DNA of 64,000 nucleotides, taken from NCBI GenBank assembly GCA_016748015.1, contig JAAOMT010000129.1, forward strand, positions 806,001 to 870,000, in the 5' to 3' direction. This DNA comes from Geosiphon pyriformis uo1. Its lineage: Eukaryota > Fungi > Glomeromycota. The translations under genes were made by a program, and so were the position numbers. A model generated the notes under the pieces. The model did not search any database. It was not told the DNA's origin and saw only the letters and a list, made by a program, of their open reading frames with translations. How positions within the stretch are numbered: position 1 is the first letter of the stretch; the number at the start of each line of letters is the position of its first letter. Positions 1 to 10,721 of this stretch are shown one piece after another.

Positions 1-496
1 TTAATTATAAAAATTGTAATTAGTTTTGTAAAACATATATAAATTTATAATTTAGTAGACTAATATTATTTAAAAAACAATTTATTAATAATCAAAATAT
101 GTAAAAAATTTATTAAGTTTTTTAATAAATATTTATAAAAATAAGATTAATTAAATTATAACAAATTTTGGTCTTATTAAAAATTAAAAAATACATAATA
201 ATTTAAATTATAATAAAATTTTCTTATTTTTATTTTGAAAAATTTTTTATACTTTTTTTTTGTATAAAATTAAGAGATATAAATATTTATGTAATTATTA
301 AATTAGTTTTAAGTTTGTAATTAAGACAAATAAGATTAAAAATCAGTATTTTATTTAGCTGTTAATATTTTTATTAATAATACTAGTTGAGTTAATAATA
401 GTTAAATTATTATTTAAATATATTTTGAATATTATAATTAAATTTTTTATAATTAATAATATTTTAAAAAAAAAAAAAAAAAGATAGTAAAAAAAT
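1..496. other. Extremely AT-rich non-coding tract ending in an A-run
   Basis: Almost no G/C and no ORF; A-run at ~465-482 just before LINE 1. Confidence 0.8.
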
Positions 497-620
497 CTTT
501 CTCTCGTTGATCCCCTGGCTATGACGAGAACATATATTTTGTTAATAGAATAGCTTTTTTTTTTCTCTTTCTCCTCTTTAGCTTGCAGTTATTTTTCACA
601 ATATGCTACTCTTTGTTGCA

Positions 621-2535
621 ATAAAACTGGCAAGCTCATCTGCTGGTGGTTCTGGTTCTGGATTGACTGGGTTGGGGACCCAGTCTGGGGTCAAGAAAAA
701 AGTGTGAGTTGAAAGTGTCTACTCTTGTGGTCCATTATATAAGAAACTTAGAAAACCTGACATTGCTGGTAGAATTGTGGACTTATCTGCTGGCCCTCTA
801 TCTACTGCTCTGTTATATTTGGGCAATGAAGAATGTAAGGTATCATGGAAAAGTGAAGTTGAGAATGACAAATTCAGCATAAGTGGTATGTTAGATATAA
901 AGAATATGGCAAACACAGTTGCCAAGGAAATGAGCTATGCGGAATTAAGAGAAAATGACGATATGAACATAACTACGCCAAGAAAAACCCAAACCCGAAC
1001 TTACATGCTGAGCAATCCTTTAAAAGCTCCAATGTTTGACATTATAAGTGATGATGAAAATGCGTTGAGTTTTCCATTGCCAAAGTTTATTAATTCCAAT
1101 CAGCTGCCGTCTGTTAGGTCACGTGTCCTGGAAAAATGGAGCTTCGAGCCAGTAAAATCATTTGCTTTGGATGTGGAATTGCCTGCTGTACCTGAAAAAA
1201 CTAGTAGTGATAAATTAATTTCTATCAAGAGAATTTTTTATCATGTGAATGGTTTTGGGAGAGCTTCTACTTCCTTAAAATTTCCAAAGATCATCAGATC
1301 CTCCTTTACTTCTGAGCTGAGTCTAAATATGGCTAAAGAATTGGCAGTTAGGGAAAAAATTTTAGTCAATAATATGATTAGGAAACCAAACAGCCATTCG
1401 AATTAGAAAGTAATAATCAAAGAGATTCCAGTAGATCTTTTCAAATTAGCAGTTGAATCAGTTTTTTCTAAATTTGGTAAGATTGTATTAATTAAAATAC
1501 AGTTGATTGGTTTATGACAGAAAGCTTTGGTGGAGTTTGAATCTCCTGAGATTGTTAACTTTGTTGCTTCCAAATGGTCAGTTCTCATGGGTAAGGACTC
1601 TGTGCAGGTGGCTTTGGCAATTAATGACAAACAATTATGAATTTTGAGGGATCAACATCAGGCTTTGTTGTACACATTACTAGTTAGCACAACTGCTCAT
1701 AATTTGTTTGGTCTGCTGGAATCATATGATGGAAGAACTTGTTTCATTGGCTGTAATCCTAGTTTGTATGTTCATGACAGATGTGCTGTGATTTGTTTCG
1801 AGAATGAAACATCCAAATTGGCTGCTATTGATTTTGTTCTTGTTTTTAAAGATGTGAATCTATGCTGGACTAATCTTTTTTTGGCATGTTGTGCCAAGTG
1901 CGAACAATTTGGTCATACTTCTGAAGTGTGTTTGGTTGGTGAGAATTCTGGAGTTCATGAGAAACAGGTGATGACTGATCAGGATTAAGTTTATTTGGCA
2001 TATATTTATAAGAAAAAAAAGGCTCTTGTTGTACATCCGGTTTCTTTTGGTGGTAAAACTTAGACTCAAGTTGCTGGTAATATTTCACCTCATGCAATTT
2101 TCTCAATTCTTTTTGGTGCTAGTCAGTTTCCTGGTGCCAAAATGTTTTTATTCACTTCTGTTTCCTCTGATAATTCAGACTTGTATAATTATATGGCTTC
2201 TTTGGAATGCTCTTTGGGGCTTCTGGCATTTTGAAAAAATTGAGTTTCATAGATTTGGCACCCCCAGTAGTCACTTCTGAAGTCTCTCCTCTAGTTGTTT
2301 CTGTGTATATGGCCTTTGGCTTGGATTCAGATTTGGCTTTGAATGGTGCATTGGTGTCTTCCATTCCTCTTTCTTCAGCTGTCAATAATACAGTCATTAA
2401 CTTAAGTTCAAGTAGTTCTAAGGTTCTGACCACCAAAGTTGGTGGTTTAGAATCCAAGATGTTGGCCTTGGAAGTGTCAGTTAAATCTGTTTTGGAGAAG
2501 TTGAACCATTTATAACTTTGTCTTCTTCTCAATAA
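621..2535 (+). pseudogene. LINE ORF1 (RRM-like region, CCHC knuckle, C-terminal coiled coil), disrupted
   Basis: VIIKEIPVDL..VESVFSKFGKI..ALVEF; CAKCEQFGHTSEVC near 1890-1930; KVLTTKVGGLESKMLALEVSV; several stops and frameshifts; homologous to 28943 and 54741. Confidence 0.85.
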
Positions 2536-5500
2536 ATGATTTTGTCTGAAAAATTGCAATATGTAATATAAGGGGCTTAAATAACTCAGCCAAACAGACT
2601 GATGTTATTTGATGGCACAAAGATATAAACAATCTGGTTTCAATTTTCACTAAAATAAAACTCAAGAGTAAGATTCGCCCATGGTTAGTCAACAAATTTG
2701 ATGGGGTTCAGGTGTTTATGTCTGGTCTGAATTCTGGTTACATGAGTTCTGGAATTGCTATTGTTATGAACAATTTTTTAGCAAAGCATGTTTACAAAGT
2801 TTCTGAGGTGTCTGGTTGGCTCCTGTCTATTAAGCTGTTGTTTAAGAATAAACTTTTTGTGTTAATTTTGGGTCTTTATGCTGGTGTCTCTGCGTCAGTT
2901 TGGTTTTCTTAAGCTGGTGAAATCAACTTTCTTATTGTGAAGACTGTTAATGAGTCTTTTTTTATTGTTCTTGGCAGTGACTTTAATGAGGATGGGTCTC
3001 AAAAGTGTGCTAGTTTTAAAAAATGCTTTAATTTGGGCTTGATAAATTCTCTAAATGGGAGTCCTGCTGCAAAAACACCCACTTGATGCAATTCTCATGG
3101 TGTTTCAAAAATGATTAATTATGTGTTTGTCTCCTCAAATCTGGTTAATGCTATTGTGGATTGTAGTGTAGCTGATATTATGAACCATTTTGATACTGAT
3201 CACATAGCTGTTTCTGTCTTTGTGGGTTTAGATGGTTTGCTTAATGTTCGACTGAATTTGCTGTGCAAACAAGTGAATAAGAACCATTGGAAATTTGATG
3301 TCAAAAATACAAATGATGCTAAAAGGTGTGAGTTTATTGCATCTATGGCAGCCAATGCTGCCATGTTTTTGGATGATTTCTCTTTGGCCAGTCAGTTTTC
3401 AGATCTGGATGCTATGTAAGACATTATTTGCAAGATTATGATTCTTTTAGCAAATATAACATTCAAAAAAAAGTGGTTCAAGGATTTTGAAGATGTTTTT
3501 ACTAAGGTGTCTTTCAGGTTTCATAAGCTGAAATTGCTAGTTTCTAAATTGGTTAAGGCTTTGTGTTCGGTCTCTAGTGATGATTTTGCTTCTTTGCTGG
3601 AGGTGTAGAACAGGCTTGATTCTGCTGGTACATCAGCAGTAAGGTCTCTTTTTCTTTCAGGTTCTAATTTTGGTTTTATTTGTTCTGCACTGGCCAAGAC
3701 AAGAAAGTTATACTGCTTTTCCAAATTGCTGGAATCCAGGTGCACTGAGAAGTCCTCTATTAAGCAGGCTATTAATAAAAAAATGGAGAATTTCAAGTTG
3801 GACAAAGACCACACCATTAGGAGTGTGTTGGAGCATTTTTTTTGCAAAGTGGTATTAGACTATTTGGTTGTGGATGATGAACTGGTCTTGGAGCCTAAGT
3901 TGGTCAAGTCTAAGGTAGATGTAATAATAGAGAGATGGACTAAGAAGCATGGAGTGGTAACTGATATCTTAAATAATTGGACTTGTCAATATTAGCCCTT
4001 GGATTACATCTTTGATGGTGCTTTTTCTAACATAATGAGCTCAATTGGTTTTGATAAAATGTTTACTGTAGTATCAAATCTGTCTGATAGGAAAGCGGCT
4101 GGTCTTTCTGGCATCTTGAATGAATTATGAAAGTGCTGTAACAAGTCAGTTTTAGATATGCTTTTGGTATTTGGTTCGTGAGTCTGTTCTTGGTCCTTGA
4201 AGAAAAGCCTGGGTCTTGATGATTCCTAAACCATATGAATAAAAAGGTGTTCTTATAAACACCTATCTCATAGCGTTGATAGAAACGGCCCACAAAATTT
4301 TTTCTAAGATTCTCTTAGACAGAATTTTTTTAGCTTGCAGCACTTTTGATATTCTTTGTAGAGATAACTTCTCTGTCTTAAAAGGTACATCGATACAATC
4401 TCTCATTTTTGCTGTTGATTCTGTGATTGAAGATGCTTTAGAAAAGAACCAGGAGCTGTGACTGGTGTTACAAGACATACATAAGGTCTATGATTCTGTT
4501 GGGTGAATTTATCTCAAGAAAAGCTTAGTTAGAATCAAAATATAACAGGTTCATTAAATTTTTTGGTGGAATTCACAATAGTTGTGTTAATAGAGTAATG
4601 ACAGACTTTGGTTTAACTGATGGGTATCATGTTTATGATAGTTTAGATCAGGGAGAGGTTTTCTCATCTCTTTTTTAGCGCATTTTCTATGATTTGCTTT
4701 TGTGTGAAGTCAAAAAACAAGAAAGTATGTGTGGATACAGGTTGAATTCTTATTTTGTTTCCAAAAATAGCCAGGCAGAGTCTCAAGCTGGATTAACATC
4801 ATTTTTTGCTGTGGGTGCTTTTGTTAATAATACCATTTAGGTTGGTAGTAGCCAGGCTGCTACACAACATATTCTCGATGTTGCTGGTGAATTTTTTAGA
4901 TTTAATGACATTTCCATAAACAATGACAAAACTGTGGTCATTCCTATTAATTATTGGATAGCATCTCCACATCTAACTATCAGTAACATACCAATTTTTA
5001 TCGCAAAGAAAGATGAATCTTACTGTTATCTGGGTATTTTTTTATCAACTGAAGGTTTGTCAAAGCCTAGTTTGGCTAAGACTCATTTGGATGTGCGTTT
5101 TTTTGTTAATTTTGTTCTGAGAAAGACAATCTTGAATAAGCAATTTGCTTATTTGGTGTTGGCAGTTCTGTTTCCAATTATTGGCTATAGGACTCAGTTT
5201 AGTTACGTTCATCTTAGTGTGTGTAATAAGTGGGATGCTCTGATCCGCAAGTGTTTGAAGTCTAAATCTGGTCTTTCTCATGATTTTCTCAGTGATGTAC
5301 TTTATCATCCATCCCTATACAACTTGAAATCTTTTGAGCAAATTCAGGCTGAGAGCAAATCTGCTTCTACAGTTTTTTTTGCAAATTCAACTAGTATTTT
5401 GGATTGGTTGTTCTCTCACAGATCTCATGATCTTCAAGTTCTTAGCTAGAACCCTTGTCACTCTTTACAGTTTCTGGCTCATGTTAGAGTAGATTCTTTG

Positions 5501-7204
5501 GACAATTTTTTGGCTGGTATGGTCCGTATTTTTTCTGGGTATGATTTGTCTCTGGGTGGCTCTCTGGTCAGTGCTTTTTGTCTCTATGGTGGAACTCTTT
5601 TGTCTTTTGTTCTTGGTGAGCCTGTTTATTGTAAATATGTTGCTTTTCTTTAGCATTATGGAGTTGCTTTTATGGAGCAATTGCATGACTAGAATAGTGT
5701 TGTTTTCGATTGGAAGACATTCAAATGTTGGAAGTGGTTGGATCTTCATGACTCAGTTCCCTTGTAGTTTGAGTTTTTGGTTCACTTTCTTGTTGGGGTA
5801 GATTCTTCATCTGTCTACCCTCTGCTTTTGGATGGCTGCTTCTCTTTTAACATTCTTTAGTCTGATGAGTTTGGTATTGTTAGTAATAGTCTCTTGAGTG
5901 TTGATGCTAGTTATCTGTCTGTGTATATAGATGAGTCTCTTAGTGGGTTGGAGACTTTAGGTATGAAGGCTGGTGCTGCTGTTTTTTTCGAAGATGTGGA
6001 TTTAGGTTTGAGTGTAGAGGTGTTTGGTTTGGTTTTTTCTACCATGACGGAGTTACAGGCCATTGCTTTGGCTCTTGAGTGTGTTCTTCTTTTTTGTCAT
6101 GTGGATTTGTTCTTGGATAGTCAAGCTGCTCTGGATGCATGCAAGATGGAGTCTTTGTTGATTTGCCCAGATTTTAGAAATCAGTGTTGGATCAAACATT
6201 GCCACATTTTGAATGTTATCCATCATAAGAATTTAGTTGTTAATTGGGTCAAAGTTAAAGATCACTCAGGTGTTTTGAGCAATGAGCATGCTGATAAATT
6301 GGCTAAGAATGCTGTATTTTCGGATTGGTTTCTGCCTCACTTGGTTGGCAAGTGTTTTTTAAAAGCAGGTGGTACTGCAATTTCTGGCAACTCTAGACAT
6401 TTTGTTCATAATGTTTTTAAGTCTGTTTATTGAGCATGTTATGAAATTGGTTCTGGTTCACAGATCATGGTGGGCAGCTTGCGTGCTGATATTGATTGGT
6501 ACAGATCATCTTTGGTTTGGCACCCAAATTCACACTTAGCTGCTGGTTTTACTAGCATGTGGACTGTTGGCTTCCAGATGTATTTCATGAAGGTCCTACA
6601 TTATCAGCTTTCTGTTGCTATATGTAAACAACTCTATGATAAGTGTTATCCCAGTGTAGTATGTTTGTTCTGTGGTGATGTTGAAGTTTCAGACCACATC
6701 TTTTCTTGTTTTTTTAATGCTGCCATACGCGCTTGGCTGTTGGATGCTTATGCTTCTGCTTGGTTGGTGCATTCTGGTTTGTCTCGTTCTTTTTTGTGCA
6801 TTGTACAATTGTTGGCCATTTGTGCTGCTGACATGAAAGTTGGCTCTGCTTTGTATAAGGGTTTTGTTCTCAATGAATGATACCATGAATCTGTTGCTGT
6901 TTTTAAGGACTTGAAAATTGCAAGTCTCAATATTGTAAGTTTTGTACATGAGTTTTGTCTTGCTTTTCGGAAAGATATTTGGTTGGTTCATGCCAAATAC
7001 CAGGCTTTCATAGAGAAAAACAATCTGATCCCATGTGATGGTTCCATTCCTGTTTCAGTTGCTGGTCTTTCTTTGGTGTTTTCAGCTGGTGTGATTAGGT
7101 TGTTAGAAATTGCAGATGCTTTGAGTATTGGTTTTGAGTTTTGTAAATCTTGTTTGTTTTTTTCAGGTATTGGAGACTTGGTCTCTGTTAATATAAGTGT
7201 ATAG
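2532..7204 (+). pseudogene. LINE ORF2: APE endonuclease, RT, RNase H, C-terminal CCHC; disrupted
   Basis: CNIRGLN, SDFN, INYVF and DTDH (APE); AFVNNT at ~4817 (AFVDD equivalent, RT); VYIDES..ELQAI..DSQA..KDHSG..NEHAD (RNase H, 5894-6310); CLFCGDVEVSDHIFSC. Confidence 0.9.
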
Positions 7205-7352
7205 TGTTGTTCTGATCAGCCTAAATGGTTGGTCACGTGTTGATAATACATGATTCACACCTAGTTTAGATTATTTATATGATGTATAGTACTAGGCTGC
7301 ATTTGGACTTTATTCATTAAATGTAATAAAAAAAAATAAAAAATAAAAAAAA

Positions 7353-9173
7353 TAAATAAATAATAACAAAATTATGACTATATTTATCAATTAACAGATT
7401 ATAAATGTTTTTTATCTGTTAATAATTTGTTGATTTTAATTGCCAAAAAAAGAAAACTTTACAAATACTTTGAAATTTTTTTATTAATAAAAAGTTTTTT
7501 AAGCTTAATTTAATTAAAATTTATTTTAATATTAGCTTTTTTGCTAATATGATTTTAAAAATAATAGTTTTTAACAAACAATTTTTTTATTTAATATTAA
7601 ATATTTTATAGTTTATTTAGTTATAAATTTCAATTTAGCTTTATTTTTAAAAATATATATTATAAATAAAATACTCTGCTTATTACAAAGAAAATTTTTC
7701 ATTTGAATTAATTAAAAAAGATTTAAAATTAAAGATTAACTTATCAAAAAATTTTTTTAATAAGATTTTGTATTGTTTTTTTTATATGATTTAAAATTTT
7801 TTAAACAAGTACAAATTAAGAGCAAAATTGTTTTTAATATTAACTTTTTTAAATATTTTTAATATAGTAAATTATTTGTTTATTTGTTAATTTTTAAATT
7901 TATAAGTTTTTTAATTAAACTTTTAAAAATTTGTTGTAATTTTCTGTTAAGTTAAAAGTTAATTCAATAAAAAATTTTTGGCTAAAATAACAAGAATATT
8001 TTTATTATAAAGTTTTTATTATAAACAATTTATTAAGCACTTTTTATTTAATTGATAATTAATATCTTGAATATTTTATTATTTATAATATAATTTATTT
8101 TTAAAAAAAATTTAACATAATATTTGACAATTATTTTATAAACAAATATGATAATATTTTTAATTAAAAAATATTTTTTCATTAAAAAAAATAAAACTGA
8201 AAGATTTAATGTTATATTAATTTAATATTACTAAAATTTTTTTTTATAATAATAACTTTTATTTGCTTAATTTTATAATAGTTTATAATATTTATTGTTA
8301 AAATATTTACAAATTAAGCAGTTATATTGTAATTAAAAAATATTTAATAAAGCAAAATTAGATAATATTAATAGTTTACAAATAATTTGTTAAAAAATTT
8401 AAGTTTGTTTAATATTATTAATAGTGTTTTAGCTTTTTTTAACAATTTAAATTTAAATATAAGTATTTATATTTATAACTTAGTTTTAGTTTTTAAGTAT
8501 ATATTAATATTTTGTATAATAATAATTTATTTAAATAGTTAAACAGTTTTTAATATATATATTTTTAAACTTAAATTAATATTATCAAATTTACATTATT
8601 TAAAAAAACACTAAATTATAAATATTGTTTTTAATAAAAATATTTATATTATTTAATTTAAAGTTAAAAGTTATTCTAATATTATAAACAATAATATTAT
8701 TAATATTTTTATTAATAAAACAGCTTATTTCTTTTTTTTTTGTTATTATTATTTAGAAAATTTTTTTTTAACAAATAATATTATAGTTTTTAAAAATATT
8801 TGTTATTTTATTTACAATATATATAAGACTTTATATTATGCTTATTAAAAACCAAATTTTGGTATTAAAATTATAAATAGTTTTTAATTAAAAATATTAA
8901 TTAGTTGTATATTTTTTTGGTATAATATTTAAATTTAAATATATTATTTAAGTTTATTAATAAGTTTATTACTAATTTATCTACTTATTTAATAAAAACA
9001 GTATATAAATAATTGTTTATAATAATTAAAAAATGTTTTTATAACAAATAATATCTTAAAATTTTATATTTATATTATAAAAAAATAAAACTTTTAAATT
9101 ATATTTTTACTTATAAAATAAATATTAAAAGTTATAAAAAATTATTATTAAATTATAGAGATAACTTACATGT
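7353..9173. other. AT-rich desert
   Basis: Near-absence of C/G and no ORF >=60 aa. Confidence 0.8.
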
Positions 9174-10024
9174 TGTTATAGGTGACTATTTCTAGTGTTG
9201 GATTAAATAACAAATCTATAACTTGGTGCTCAAATCTAGTTGCAGTTGATAGTGATCTGAAGATTTGTGTCTGAAAGATTTGTATCTGAAGGGTTTGGTT
9301 GAGTTCTTTATATAATAAACAGAGATTCAATGGTAATAGTTTTATCTGTAGCTTTCTGAAACTGTAGTTTTGTTAATTTCTTTCTCAGCTTGATGGCCAG
9401 TATTCCTCCTGGTAAGCTATCCTCAATCAAGTATTCTACTCTTATTTTTGGGTCTTTTACCAGTTATGTTTATCCTAATGTCAATACCCCACATGTTAAT
9501 CCTCAATAAAGTTAGTAAACAACAATAAAATCAAAGCAAAAAATAAAGAAAAGAAAATAAAATAAAGAAAAAAAAGAAATAAGCCAAGGCAATTTACAAG
9601 TTAGTATTCTGTCAATAGCCATGATTAAGAGCTATTATTCCAGTGTGGTTAAGTATCAATTATTATCAACATAAAGTGTTGATAGTAACAGCAAGTTTGA
9701 GATAACAAACAGTTATTTATTTGTGGTTTGGAAAGTTGTCTAGAGGAAATCTAAACTGAGAAGTCTGTCTTTTTAGCTTCTAATTTTACTGCTATATATA
9801 CATAATTGAGATTCCTCAATTCCTCAATTCTTTACAACAGGAATCTTGCAATTCCTTTAAGAATTCTGGAATTTTGGAATCCTGCAATTTCTTGTGAAAA
9901 TCCTGTAATTTCTGGAATCCTGCAATTTCTGAAAGGAATTCTGGAATTCTACATTTTACTACGTCTACTTCTGATTGGTTAATAACTATGCTAATATATA
10001 TTCCCTATATTTTTATAAGTAACA
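9174..10024 (-). repeat. Family A 3' LTR
   Basis: Colinear with 27960-28805; TGTTA/TAACA termini; CCAAT (~9975), repeat array and TATATA (~9795) on the minus strand. Confidence 0.95.
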
Positions 10025-10040
10025 TTATTCCCTCCTTTTA
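10025..10040 (-). promoter_or_regulatory. Polypurine tract of element A
   Basis: Minus strand reads AAAAGGAGGGAATAA abutting the 3' LTR. Confidence 0.85.
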
Positions 10041-10697
10041 ATATTGAGCTCTGTCGAAATCTAACTCTGTTAATTCTTTTTCTTGAAGTATTTCCTGAAT
10101 TTCATTTTTGAGAATTACTTGTGTTATTTAAGTTTGTAATTCTTTAAATTGAGCATTGGTGATCTTTCCTAATTGATTACTGATAACCATATTCATTGTT
10201 TTGTTGAGTAAAATTTCTGGTTGATCCTGAAATGCTGTATGTATTCAGTATATGGCTTAGGCCTGTATGGATAAGTTGTTCTTTCCCACAAAATGTTCTA
10301 ATTGTTGTAGTATTTTTGTGTTAAATAATTGCTTTGTTTTATCCGTATATAGATTTTGGATATTTACGTGTTATCCTAAGTAAAAATAACAATAGTTTCT
10401 TAGAAATTGTTGTATCCACCCATTCCAAGTTTCTTTAGTCAACTCTTGGTATAGTGACTCTTTTGTTGACTCTTTTATTGCTAATTTTACTTTTGCAATG
10501 ATTTTGTTAATGGTATTTTCTGTTTTCTTCTGTGTTCTATGTGGTGATATCTTTTTAGTGTTTTGATATCAGATGGTTTGTTGATTAATTGTAATTTCCA
10601 TCTCTTGGTGTTGAATCAATTGAAAGAGTTGTTGTGCTAGTGAGTGGATATTGTCTGTGATTTCCATTTTTCTGATATTTTTTGTTGCATTTACCAT
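10038..10697 (-). pseudogene. Accessory ORF3 of element A (~219 aa, 5 internal stops), function unknown
   Basis: Manual translation MVNATKNIRK...YCYFYLG...VGKNNLSIQA*AIY*IHTAF...LGKITNAQFKELQT*ITQVIL; aligns with ORF3 of element B; not in the ORF track. Confidence 0.75.
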
Positions 10698-10721
10698 GTC
10701 TTTATATATTCTTTTGATGAA

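Larger units (their letters stand above)
497..7352 (+). mobile_element. Full-length decayed LINE (non-LTR retrotransposon with RNase H), copy 1
   Basis: 5' end ctttctctcgttgatcccc is shared with the copy at 28819; two-ORF layout; 3' UTR shared with 35575-35700; A-rich tail at 7325-7352. Confidence 0.93.

Noticed and set aside
465-496. Target-site duplications for the LINEs
   Set aside because: A-rich flanks merge with the tails, and no unambiguous duplication could be read
621-7204. Alternative genetic code or programmed readthrough to explain in-frame TGA/TAG/TAA
   Set aside because: Stops differ between copies, include all three types, follow transition patterns and co-occur with frameshifts; host genes use standard stops
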